A stretch of 61,612 bases of DNA, filler included. It is 3 parts of 3 records of this genome, joined end to end, with 100 filler letters (N's around TTAATTAATTAA, not from the genome) between each part and the next. Parts side by side here need not be neighbours in the genome. Positions count along the whole stretch, not along the records: positions 1 to 21,727 come from SRR22947727_729; 2 more parts are not named here. One strand, given 5' to 3'. Made by a program: the position numbers and the translations under genes. Under the pieces are notes generated by a model. That model saw nothing but the letters and a program-made list of their open reading frames with translations. It was not told the DNA's origin and made no database searches. Shown piece by piece: positions 1 through 9,263 of this stretch; position 1 is the first letter of the stretch, and each line of letters opens with the position of its first letter.

Positions 1-30
1 TTTAATTTTTAATTTTTAATTTTTAATTTT
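1..30. repeat. Heptamer tandem repeat (TTTAATT)x4+, cut by window start
   Basis: AA dinucleotides recur every 7 nt (4-5, 11-12, 18-19, 25-26) within T runs. Confidence 0.8.
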
Positions 31-87
31 CCTAAAACAACAACAATATCGACATCAACTTAATTCTACTTAGTAAAATTGTTGCTA

Positions 88-115
88 TTGAAATGAATGA
101 TAATTTAATTATAAT
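88..115 (+). promoter_or_regulatory. Candidate sigma70 promoter for the lipoprotein gene
   Basis: TTGAAA (88-93), 16-nt spacer, TATAAT (110-115). The context is very AT-rich, so a chance match is possible. Confidence 0.35.
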
Positions 116-203
116 CATTACTAGAAGATATATAGATAGAGCCAAATAAAATAGACCTATCTAGGGTACATTTATTTTAAAAAAAATTTAGGGAGAAGAT
201 TTT

Positions 204-530
204 ATGATAAGTAAGAAAGTTATTTTAGCTACTTTGGCAATTCCATTTTTAATAGCCTGCAGTAAATCATTTGTGGAAGTTGAACCTGGGTCAGAGAACG
301 TAACAGTGGCTAACACAATTGATCAAAGTAGCTGTACTCTGAAGGCGCAAGTAAAAGTAAGAATGACAGGTTATGCTGAAAGAAGAGACAACTATACAGA
401 GTTAGATCATATCCAGCTTGCTAAAAATGCAGCTGTTGAACAAGGAGGCAATACTATATATCAGATTGATCATCCTGAAGCTGGTAAAGGGACGCAATCA
501 TCTGTTTATCAAATCTATAGCTGTAGTTAA
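204..530 (+). CDS. Small lipoprotein, DUF4156-like
   Basis: Signal peptide with lipobox LIAC; AKNAAVEQGGNT and terminal YSC resemble DUF4156; GGAGA SD upstream. Confidence 0.7.
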   Translation: MISKKVILATLAIPFLIACSKSFVEVEPGSENVTVANTIDQSSCTLKAQVKVRMTGYAERRDNYTELDHIQLAKNAAVEQGGNTIYQIDHPEAGKGTQSSVYQIYSCS

Positions 531-551
531 GGTTCATTAAAGCTTAACTTG

Positions 552-1727
552 TTAAGCCCAAAGCTTTGTTCGGGTTATACATACTAACCCGAACATCAAA
601 ATAAAGAATAATCCTAAAGATAAGCCAAATGTTGAAAACCAGCTAATAGGTACTATGACGCCTGCCACTGCTGACGAGAAAAGCATTTGCATAAAAGCTT
701 GCCCAGATGCCGCAGTTCCTCTTGCTCTTGGAAAACAATCTAGTGCAGCAATAGAAATGATCGGCATTATGGCAGCCATACCAATATTATAAAGTGCTAT
801 AAAACCGATATTTATAATTGGATTGTTGTCAAAGAAATAACAAAAAACTACGTTTGAGATTGTAATTAATGCCATCCAAAAATAACCAAACCTTGTCACC
901 TTTGATGGACTAATAACCCCCGCTGTCTTTTTGGCAATAAATGATCCTATTATCATTCCACACACCGTTGGAACAAATAAATATGCAAATTGTTTTTCAC
1001 TAAATCCCAGTAAATCTATTAAAAAAATTGGGCTTGCTAATACATATAGAAAAAAGGCTGAAAAGTTTGCTGAGATAGATAAAATCAAAAAGATGAACTC
1101 TTTATCTTTAAATATTGTTCGGTATCTTTTACTTATTGATTTCAAGTCAAATGGAAGCCTATCTTTAAGTGGCATAGTTTCAGGTAATATTTTTGAACTC
1201 AAGAAAATAGCAATTCCAGCATAGAGAGCTAGAAAGATAAATATACTTTGCCACTCATAATCAAGTAAAAAACCTCCAACAATCGGGGCTACAGCAGGGG
1301 CAATTCCAAATATAATTTGAATTGTAGCCATTACTCTTTGAGCTTGTGCTCCTTCATATAAATCACGAACCATGGCACGGGCTACAACATTGCCAGCTCC
1401 GCCTCCTATACCTTGAAGCGCCCTAAAAAACCATAACTCTTCAACAGAGGTGGATAAAGCACAGCCAATTGAAGCAAAAAAGAATAAAGCCAAACCCCAC
1501 TTAATTGTCGTTATACGTCCAATTGAATCAGAAATAGCACCATGAAATAGTGTCATTACAGTGTAAGGAATTAAATAAAAAGTGAGGCTTTGTTGGACGT
1601 AAGACGGCGTTGATAATAAATCAGAGGCAATAATATGAAAGCCAGGGAGGTAGGTGTCAATTGCAAACGGTGCAAGGCTAGCAAGTACAGCAAGCGCGAT
1701 GACTTTAGGGTTTAGAAAAAGATTCAT
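552..1727 (-). CDS. Bcr/CflA-family MFS drug efflux transporter
   Basis: PFAIDTYLP N-terminal motif, GAISDSIGR MFS loop motif, about 12 hydrophobic segments. Confidence 0.88.
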   Translation of the reverse strand: MNLFLNPKVIALAVLASLAPFAIDTYLPGFHIIASDLLSTPSYVQQSLTFYLIPYTVMTLFHGAISDSIGRITTIKWGLALFFFASIGCALSTSVEELWFFRALQGIGGGAGNVVARAMVRDLYEGAQAQRVMATIQIIFGIAPAVAPIVGGFLLDYEWQSIFIFLALYAGIAIFLSSKILPETMPLKDRLPFDLKSISKRYRTIFKDKEFIFLILSISANFSAFFLYVLASPIFLIDLLGFSEKQFAYLFVPTVCGMIIGSFIAKKTAGVISPSKVTRFGYFWMALITISNVVFCYFFDNNPIINIGFIALYNIGMAAIMPIISIAALDCFPRARGTAASGQAFMQMLFSSAVAGVIVPISWFSTFGLSLGLFFILMFGLVCITRTKLWA

Positions 1728-1746
1728 GCTATTAATTATAGATTAA

Positions 1747-2931
1747 TTAAGGAAGCGCATGAAATTTTGCCAGTCTCTCTTTTTCTTCTCCATCATTAAT
1801 TCTTTTTGAATTCTTATCAGTTCTAAAAATAATTGGTTGTGCTTTTAATTCAGGATTTTGGGCATCCTTAACTGCTTGTTCAATCACATTTCTATTCGGT
1901 GATAGTGAACAAACAGGATCAGCACTTTCTGCATCACCGGTAAGTAAAAATGCTTGGCATCGGCAACCTCCTAGATCATTTTCTTTCTCTGGACAAGTCC
2001 TACAAGGCTCTTTCATCCATGAATCCCCCCTAAACTTATTAAAAGCAGGAGAATCATACCAAGCACCTTTAATATTAGAATCTTTTACATTAGGGAATTC
2101 CATATTAGGGAGAACTCTAGCAGAATGACAAGGGAGCACGTCACCATTAGCAGTGACAATCATAAATACCTCACCCCATCCATTCATACATTTTTTAGGT
2201 CTTTCTGCATAATAATCAGGAACAACAAAAAATATTTTCATTTTGTTGCCAACTTTATCCCTATACTGATTTGTGATTTTTTCAGCATGGTCAATCTGTT
2301 CTTTTGTTGGCATGAGCTGGTTTCGGTTAATTAAGGACCAACCATAGTATTGTGTATTTGCTAACTCAACATAATCAGCGCCTAGCGCTTCGGCCATCTC
2401 AAGAATTTCTTTAATATGGTCAATGTTATAACGATGGATTACAACATTTAAGACCATAGGGTAACCACGATCTTTAATCATCGCTGCAACTTTTTTCTTC
2501 AATTTGAAAGTTTTTGTATCGGTAATAAAGTTATTTATTTCTTCTGTAATATCATGCATTGACAGCTGAATATGATCTAACCCGCCCTTCTTAAATGCAT
2601 CAATTCTTTTGTCGGTTAATCCAACACCTGATGTGATTAAATTACTATAGTATCCAAGCTGATGCGCTTCCTCAACAATCACTTCAATATCATCACGAAG
2701 GAGTGGCTCACCGCCAGAGATGCCAAGCTGGGCTGCTCCTAAATCCCTAGCTTGATTGAGTACGCTTAGCCAAGACTTTGTATCAAGTTCATTTTGTGTG
2801 TGCTTATCATAGTCCGTTGGGTTATAACAAAACGCACAATGTAGTGGGCATCGATAAGTAATCTCAGCCAACAACCATAAAGGTTGGGTTGCAGTCGTTG
2901 TACTCGATACTCCATTATTTTGATCAGTCAT
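1747..2931 (-). CDS. pqqE: PqqA peptide cyclase, radical SAM/SPASM enzyme
   Basis: PLWLLAEITYRCPLHCAFCYNP (CxxxCxxC), SPASM cysteines (CMNGWG, CRTC, GGCRCQA), follows pqqD. Confidence 0.97.
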   Translation of the reverse strand: MTDQNNGVSSTTTATQPLWLLAEITYRCPLHCAFCYNPTDYDKHTQNELDTKSWLSVLNQARDLGAAQLGISGGEPLLRDDIEVIVEEAHQLGYYSNLITSGVGLTDKRIDAFKKGGLDHIQLSMHDITEEINNFITDTKTFKLKKKVAAMIKDRGYPMVLNVVIHRYNIDHIKEILEMAEALGADYVELANTQYYGWSLINRNQLMPTKEQIDHAEKITNQYRDKVGNKMKIFFVVPDYYAERPKKCMNGWGEVFMIVTANGDVLPCHSARVLPNMEFPNVKDSNIKGAWYDSPAFNKFRGDSWMKEPCRTCPEKENDLGGCRCQAFLLTGDAESADPVCSLSPNRNVIEQAVKDAQNPELKAQPIIFRTDKNSKRINDGEEKERLAKFHALP

Positions 2932-2939
2932 AATCGTCC

Positions 2940-3218
2940 TTAATTAGTCTTTTCAATCCAGGCTTTTTCTAAAGCTAGCTCAATCATACCTATAATATCT
3001 TTATCAATACTATCAGCATCTGGAAATTTTTTAACCAATGCTTCCGTAATCTTAGCAACAGATGATTTACCGTCAACTAAATTTAGAACTTCACCTGCGC
3101 CACCGTTTAACTTAACCATACCTTCGGGAAACAAAATAACATAACAATTTTGAGCTTTTTCCCATTGAAAGCGATGATGAGCAGCAATTTTATAAATATC
3201 TTCTATTTTAACTGTCAT
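2940..3218 (-). CDS. pqqD: PqqA-binding chaperone (RRE)
   Basis: RFQWEKAQNCYVILFPEGMVKLN typical of PqqD; lies between pqqC and pqqE. Confidence 0.95.
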   Translation of the reverse strand: MTVKIEDIYKIAAHHRFQWEKAQNCYVILFPEGMVKLNGGAGEVLNLVDGKSSVAKITEALVKKFPDADSIDKDIIGMIELALEKAWIEKTN

Positions 3219-3219
3219 T

Positions 3220-3951
3220 TTATTTAGGCTGCCTCATATAATCATTACCGTCAACCTTAATATTCGAGGAGGCTAACATAATTGAGTCTGCAATTACCCA
3301 CAAAACATTTAATTTAAATTGCAAGATATCTAGTGCTTTTTCTTGCATTTCTCTTGATGTACTAAAAAAATCCAAAGTAACTCCAAGTCCGTGCTCAACA
3401 TCTCTTCGAGCTTCTGTTAATCTCTTTTTAAAATAACTTAGGCCTGATTCATCGATCCATGGATACATCTCTGGCCAAGAACTAATCCTCTGTTGATGAA
3501 TATGAGGTGCAAACAACTCAGTAAGTGATGAACAAACTGATTCTTGCCATGTTCTTTGTTTAGCAAAGTTGATATATGCATCGACAGCAAATTTCACACC
3601 TGGACTTACTCCATCGAGAGATGTTACCTCCTCTCTCTTTAAGCCTACTGCTCGACCCAAATTTATCCATGCTTCAATACCCCCATCGGCGTCTCCCTCT
3701 CCGTCATGATCAAGGATCCTAACTATCCATTCTTTTCTAATTTCTTTAACAGGACAATTAGACAATATTGCTGCATCCTTCAAAGGAATACTAATTTGAT
3801 AATAAAATCTATTCATCACCCAGCTTTGTAACTGTTCTTTGGATAATTGGCCCTTGTACATCATTACATGAAAGGGATGGTAAATATGATACCCCTTCCC
3901 CTTCTCTCTTAACTTATCTTCAAACGCTTTTCTTGGCCAAGGTGCTGACAT
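3220..3951 (-). CDS. pqqC: Pyrroloquinoline-quinone synthase
   Basis: [21 protein letters not shown] and SSLTELFAP motifs. Confidence 0.97.
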   Translation of the reverse strand: MSAPWPRKAFEDKLREKGKGYHIYHPFHVMMYKGQLSKEQLQSWVMNRFYYQISIPLKDAAILSNCPVKEIRKEWIVRILDHDGEGDADGGIEAWINLGRAVGLKREEVTSLDGVSPGVKFAVDAYINFAKQRTWQESVCSSLTELFAPHIHQQRISSWPEMYPWIDESGLSYFKKRLTEARRDVEHGLGVTLDFFSTSREMQEKALDILQFKLNVLWVIADSIMLASSNIKVDGNDYMRQPK

Positions 3952-3963
3952 TGTAAATATCCT

Positions 3964-4878
3964 TTATAAAATTATGTCCATTCCATCATATGAAACTTCG
4001 ATTTCATTTGATTCTAGAAGTTTCCGTTCTTCAGAGTCTTCTCTTAAAATTGGGTTTGTATTATTAATGTGTATTAGAATTTTTCTAGGTTTATGGAGTG
4101 AGCTTAATGTTTCCATTATTCCTCCTTTGCTTGACTGATCTAGATGGCCCATTTCACTTGCTTTTTTATTATTAATTCCATGTCTAGACATCTCATCATC
4201 TGTCCAAACAGTTCCATCAATCAGAACAACATCAGCGTTCTTCATATACTCCAAAACATGATCTTCAATAACACCTAGACCAGGTGCATAGAAAAGATTT
4301 TTACCTTTCTTTGTATCTTCAATTCTATATCCAACATTATCGCCTGCGACTGTATTATGTCTATGTGGTGAGTATGGAGGTGCTTCACTCTTTAATGGAA
4401 CCGCGGTAAAAATAAGGTTATCTGCTTTTGGGATTGTATAACTACTTTGATCGGTTAAAACCTCGTGCCAATTTACACCTCTAAAATGTTCCAAAATATT
4501 AAATATAGGGTAACCCGTTGTCATATCCTCATAAACCTCTTTAGTACAATAAATATCCCAAGGCTTATCATGCTCTCTTAAGATTAAAAGTCCTGTTGTG
4601 TGGTCTATTTGTCCATCAGTAATTACAATAGAGGAAATTCCTGTATCCCTAATCTTTCTTGCTGGTTGAAGTGGAGGAAATGATTCTATTTGAGCTCTAA
4701 TATCGGGTGATGCATTGAATAAAATCCAATCATCACCATTTGAACTTACTGTAATAGATGATTGATTTCTCGCCTTAAGATTTGGATTTTTTTTTCTCAA
4801 GCCTGCACAATTTTCACAATTGCAGTTCCATTGCGGGAACCCTCCGCCTGCCCCTGAACCTAAAACACGAATATGCAT
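3964..4878 (-). CDS. pqqB: PQQ biosynthesis protein B (MBL fold)
   Basis: VLGSGAGGGFPQWNCNCENC, NASPDIR and HINNTNP motifs. Confidence 0.97.
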   Translation of the reverse strand: MHIRVLGSGAGGGFPQWNCNCENCAGLRKKNPNLKARNQSSITVSSNGDDWILFNASPDIRAQIESFPPLQPARKIRDTGISSIVITDGQIDHTTGLLILREHDKPWDIYCTKEVYEDMTTGYPIFNILEHFRGVNWHEVLTDQSSYTIPKADNLIFTAVPLKSEAPPYSPHRHNTVAGDNVGYRIEDTKKGKNLFYAPGLGVIEDHVLEYMKNADVVLIDGTVWTDDEMSRHGINNKKASEMGHLDQSSKGGIMETLSSLHKPRKILIHINNTNPILREDSEERKLLESNEIEVSYDGMDIIL

Positions 4879-4953
4879 TTTTTTCCGATCTTATAAAATA
4901 ATTAACAATGAATATTGAATGAGAAATTAATTGGCAGACAGGGGAAAATGTCT

Positions 4954-4980
4954 AAAAAAAACTCATGGATATCATGAGTT
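4954..4980 (-). terminator. Probable intrinsic terminator after aroF
   Basis: Minus strand AACTCATG-ATATC-CATGAGTT (8-bp stem) followed by a T tract; overlaps the aroF stop codon. Confidence 0.6.
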
Positions 4981-6001
4981 ACTTACTTATATTTCTTCCT
5001 AAAATATTAGCAATAGCCGTAAGCTCTTTCATTAGATTTTTTAATTCGGTTGGCGTTATAGCTTGATCTGCATCACACCATGCTTCACTAGGTGTAGGAT
5101 GCATTTCAACAAGCAACCCATCTGCTCCAGCAGCAATGCCTGCCCTTGATAAAGCTGCGACCATCCATGCTTTTCCACCAGCATGAGATGGATCAATGAT
5201 CACAGGTAGGTGAGTCTCTTTCTTTAGCACAGGAATAGCAGTGACATCTAAAACATTTCTATAATATGTTTCAAACGTCCTTATTCCCCTTTCACAAAAT
5301 ATAATATTATGGTTTCCTCCCGAAGCAATATATTCTGCAGCCATTAGCCATTCTGAAATTGTTGCCGACATACCTCTTTTCAAAATAACAGGGACTTTTA
5401 ACCTACCAACTTCACGTAATAATTCAAAGTTTTGCATACTTCGAGTACCAATCTGAATTACGTCAACCTTTTGCTCTAAGAATTTATCTAGATGCCTAAC
5501 ATCTAAGAGCTCGGTGACTATCGGTAAATTTGCGTTATTTGCGGCCTCTCTAAACATCTCTAAACCTTCGAATCCAGTTCCTTGAAAGCTATAAGGGCTT
5601 GTCCTCGGTTTAAATGCGCCACCTCGCATAATCTTAACTCCCGCAGCCTTAACTCCCTCAGCAGCATTTTTCATTTGGTCAGGAGTCTCTACAGAACAAG
5701 GGCCTGAGATGACTTGTATATCTTTTCCACCAATTGGATGTCCATCAATTTCTATAACAGTGTCTTTAGGATGCCACTCTCTTGCGACAATCTTATATGG
5801 CTTTACAATTCTAAGTGCTTGTTCAACACCGGGAAGGTTATCAAGAAGTTTAGGATCTAAAAGTCTTTCATCACCAACAGCACCAATAACCGTTTTTTCT
5901 GTGCCTTTGGATATACTTGCATCTAAGCCCTTCTCTTTTATTCTAGAAACAACAAAACTAATTTCTTCGTCTGTTGCTGAGTTATTCATTACAATAATCA
6001 T
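4979..6001 (-). CDS. aroF: DAHP synthase, class I-beta, with N-terminal regulatory domain
   Basis: SGPCSVE, RGGAFKPRTSPYSFQG, LKRGMSATISEW, CERGIRTFE and DPSH motifs. Confidence 0.93.
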   Translation of the reverse strand: MIIVMNNSATDEEISFVVSRIKEKGLDASISKGTEKTVIGAVGDERLLDPKLLDNLPGVEQALRIVKPYKIVAREWHPKDTVIEIDGHPIGGKDIQVISGPCSVETPDQMKNAAEGVKAAGVKIMRGGAFKPRTSPYSFQGTGFEGLEMFREAANNANLPIVTELLDVRHLDKFLEQKVDVIQIGTRSMQNFELLREVGRLKVPVILKRGMSATISEWLMAAEYIASGGNHNIIFCERGIRTFETYYRNVLDVTAIPVLKKETHLPVIIDPSHAGGKAWMVAALSRAGIAAGADGLLVEMHPTPSEAWCDADQAITPTELKNLMKELTAIANILGRNISK

Positions 6002-6011
6002 AATTATCCTA

Positions 6012-7112
6012 TTACATAAAACTTTTTAAATATTTAATAAAAACATCATTTTCTTTTTTAAGCCCAATGCTTACTCTTAGCCATGAGGGTAACTCATAGT
6101 TTTTTATAGGCCTTACAATAACGCCATTTTCTAATAAATGCTGATAATACATCATTGCTTTTGTTTCGTCTCCTAAATTAAAACTTATAAAATTTCCATA
6201 CGAGGTTATAAATTCAATTCTAAGTTCCTTAAAAGCCTCTTCTAGCTGGGTCCTTCCTTGGTCATTAATAAGCCTACTTTTATTTATAAATTCATCATCT
6301 TTAAGGGATGCTATTGCCGCAGCTTGGGCGATATAATTTACGTTAAAGGGCTGCCTGACCCTATTCATTAAATTTATAACTTTTTTGTCTCCTACGCCAT
6401 ATCCTATCCTTAATCCAGCTAAGCCATGTGCTTTAGAAAAACTTCGAGATATTAATAAATTTTTATGTTCTGCAAGCCAGCTTAAAGCAATTGATTTTGC
6501 ATCATTACTTAGGTATTCATCGTAAGCTTCATCAAGAACAACTAAGATATGATTGGGCACTCTAGATAAAAATTTTAATATCTCAGCCTTATCAATTAAG
6601 TTGCCTGTTGGATTGTTAGGGTTAGCAATAAAAATTAGTTTTGTTTTTTTTGAGATAAGCTTCAGAAATTCATCTAAACTATGGCCGTACTCATCTGTAG
6701 GTTTTGCCTTTAAGCCAATGCCTCCCGCTGATTTTGTTACAATTTCATACACTGCAAAAGCATGTTTAGAAAATATAACTTCATCCCCTGGGGATAAAAC
6801 TGTTCGTGCAGCAAGTTCAAGGACATCATTTGAACCATTCCCTAAAATAATCTGCTCTGAATCTATCGAAAATTTTTCAGAAATGGCTCGTTTTAAATAA
6901 TATCCATTCCCATCAGGGTATCGATGAATTTCATTTATACATTCATCAATTGCATGTTTAGCTTTTGGACTCAGCCCAAGAGGATTTTCATTTGAAGCTA
7001 GCTTTACAATTTTTTCGGGCGCTATCCCAAGCTCTCTTGAAACTTCTTTTATTGGTCTGCCGCCTTCATAAGGCTCCAATTCGGCAATATATTTTGGAGT
7101 GATTATAGCCAT
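6012..7112 (-). CDS. hisC: Histidinol-phosphate/aromatic aminotransferase
   Basis: KLASNENPLG, GNGSNDV, NPNNPTG, DEAY and RSFSKAHGLAGLRIGY motifs. Confidence 0.95.
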   Translation of the reverse strand: MAIITPKYIAELEPYEGGRPIKEVSRELGIAPEKIVKLASNENPLGLSPKAKHAIDECINEIHRYPDGNGYYLKRAISEKFSIDSEQIILGNGSNDVLELAARTVLSPGDEVIFSKHAFAVYEIVTKSAGGIGLKAKPTDEYGHSLDEFLKLISKKTKLIFIANPNNPTGNLIDKAEILKFLSRVPNHILVVLDEAYDEYLSNDAKSIALSWLAEHKNLLISRSFSKAHGLAGLRIGYGVGDKKVINLMNRVRQPFNVNYIAQAAAIASLKDDEFINKSRLINDQGRTQLEEAFKELRIEFITSYGNFISFNLGDETKAMMYYQHLLENGVIVRPIKNYELPSWLRVSIGLKKENDVFIKYLKSFM

Positions 7113-7125
7113 AAAATATTAAAAT

Positions 7126-8187
7126 TTAATTTTTTGGATAGGATCCTAAAAATTTCATGAATGACGATTTTTTTTCAATATCTTTAAGGCATAATTTAAC
7201 CTTAGAATTATCTCTATGCCCCTCAACATCAATAAAAAAGACATATTCCCACATGCCAATTTTTGATGGCCTGGATTCTAACTTGGTTAAACTAACTTTT
7301 CTTGAGGCAAAAGGTTGAATTAAATCGACAATGGCACCTGGTTTATTTTTTGTGGCAACAACTATAGAAGTCTTATCATTACCTGATGGCGCAATTTCTT
7401 GATCAGATAAAATTAAGAATCTCGTTGTATTGTTCGGTTCATCTTCAATATGATTTTGGAGTATATTTAGTTTAAATAAGTTTGCAGCCCTGGAACTTGC
7501 AATTGCAGCAGAATGTTTCTCTTTCGATGCTATTTTTGCACCTTCAGCATTACTTAAAACTGAAATTTTCTCCGCGTTAGGAAGATTATTGGCTATCCAG
7601 TCATGGCATTGAGCTAATGATTGACCATGTGCATAGATGCTTGTAATTTTTTTTAATTCTTTAGATTTTGATATTAAGCAATGATGAACGGGTAATGTAA
7701 TCTCTCCACATATTTTTAAGTCTTTCATTAATAATAGATCAAGAGTTCGGCTAATTCCTCCCTCTGTCGAATTTTCAATAGGCACAACGCCATAGTGTAC
7801 TTTTTTTGACTGAACATTATTAAATACCTCATCAATACTGCTTGTTGGTATTGATTTTACATTTTCACCGAAATGCTTGATGGTTGCTTCTTCACTGAAT
7901 GTGCCAGATGGACCCAGAAATGAAATAGCTAATTTTTTTTCCAATGCTCTACAATTTGAAATAATTGCCTTATAAATGTTTGTAACGCTATCATTTGATA
8001 GTGGGCCTTTATTTTCTTTGATAAGCTTTGTTATGACCTGGGCTTCTCTTTCTGGTTTATATATAACACCATCATCTTTTAGGAGTCCAATTTCTTTTGC
8101 CAAGAGTCCCCTACTAGATATAAGTTCTAAGAGCTTTTTATCAATATCATCAATGTTTTGCCTTAATTTTTCTAATTTTTTTGTCAT
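7126..8187 (-). CDS. pheA: Chorismate mutase/prephenate dehydratase (P-protein)
   Basis: LRQNIDDID chorismate mutase domain, LGPSGTFSE, PIENSTEG, NTTRF, LESRP ACT motif. Confidence 0.96.
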   Translation of the reverse strand: MTKKLEKLRQNIDDIDKKLLELISSRGLLAKEIGLLKDDGVIYKPEREAQVITKLIKENKGPLSNDSVTNIYKAIISNCRALEKKLAISFLGPSGTFSEEATIKHFGENVKSIPTSSIDEVFNNVQSKKVHYGVVPIENSTEGGISRTLDLLLMKDLKICGEITLPVHHCLISKSKELKKITSIYAHGQSLAQCHDWIANNLPNAEKISVLSNAEGAKIASKEKHSAAIASSRAANLFKLNILQNHIEDEPNNTTRFLILSDQEIAPSGNDKTSIVVATKNKPGAIVDLIQPFASRKVSLTKLESRPSKIGMWEYVFFIDVEGHRDNSKVKLCLKDIEKKSSFMKFLGSYPKN

Positions 8188-9263
8188 GTATTATTTTTTT
8201 TAAAATCTTTCATAAACTCAACTAAACATTCTACCCCATCAAATGGCATAGCGTTATATAAGGAGGCTCTTAAACCTCCCACTACCCTATGTCCTTTTAG
8301 AGCATACAACCCCTTTTCCTCTGCTGTAGCAACAAATTTTTTGGTTAAGTCATCTTTTACTAGTCTAAAGGGCACATTCATTCTAGATCTATTTTTAATT
8401 TCAATATCATTAATATAAAAATCATCTGCATCAATGAAGTTGTATAGATAATTAGATTTTTTAATATTTAATTCTTCCATTTTTTTTAAGCCACCCAATT
8501 TCAAAAGCCACTCAAAAACCAATCCAGCCATATAAATACTAAATGTAGTAGGAGTGTTAATCATTGAATTATTCTCTGATTGGATTTTCCAGTTTAAGGT
8601 TGATGGAGTTTTTTGGTCTGCGAATGCAAGTAAATCATCCCTAACTATTACTAAAGTTAGTCCAGAAGGGCCAATATTTTTTTGCGCTCCAGCATAGACC
8701 ACTCCATAATCATCAATATTCACAGGTCTTGATAAAATCGTTGAAGACATGTCGCAAACTAGAGGAACTGCTGCTATTTTAATTGAATCAAGATACTCAA
8801 CGCCATGAACGGTTTCATTTTGACAAAAGTGAACATAAGCGTCATTTTTATCAAAATTCCAAGATCCAACACTAGGCGCTTTTTTAAAGTTAATTTCCTC
8901 TGATGATCCCGCCAATTTTATTGTGCCAAAAGGTTGGGCATCATTATAAGTTCTCTTTGACCAATATCCTGAAACAACATAGCTTGCTGACCCGCTGTTA
9001 AGTAAATTCATTGGGACCATGAAGTTTTGAGTAATCGCACCCCCCTGTAAAAAAAGGACCTTATAGTTATTTGGTATTTTAAGTAAAGTTCTTAAACTTT
9101 TTTCAGCTTTTTCCACGATTGGAAGATACTCTTTACTTCTGTGTGACATTTCCATTACGGAAATTCCAGTCTCATTAAAATTTAAAAATTCTTGCTGTGC
9201 TTGCAACATTACCTCTTTTGGAATCATTGCTGGTCCAGCAGAGAAATTATATTGGTAGCTCAT
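8184..9263 (-). CDS. serC: Phosphoserine aminotransferase
   Basis: [25 protein letters not shown] and [15 protein letters not shown] motifs. Confidence 0.97.
   Translation of the reverse strand: MSYQYNFSAGPAMIPKEVMLQAQQEFLNFNETGISVMEMSHRSKEYLPIVEKAEKSLRTLLKIPNNYKVLFLQGGAITQNFMVPMNLLNSGSASYVVSGYWSKRTYNDAQPFGTIKLAGSSEEINFKKAPSVGSWNFDKNDAYVHFCQNETVHGVEYLDSIKIAAVPLVCDMSSTILSRPVNIDDYGVVYAGAQKNIGPSGLTLVIVRDDLLAFADQKTPSTLNWKIQSENNSMINTPTTFSIYMAGLVFEWLLKLGGLKKMEELNIKKSNYLYNFIDADDFYINDIEIKNRSRMNVPFRLVKDDLTKKFVATAEEKGLYALKGHRVVGGLRASLYNAMPFDGVECLVEFMKDFKKNNT

Noticed and set aside
4879-4978. pqqA in the gap upstream of pqqB
   Set aside because: No ORF of about 22-30 codons with ExxxY on the minus strand.
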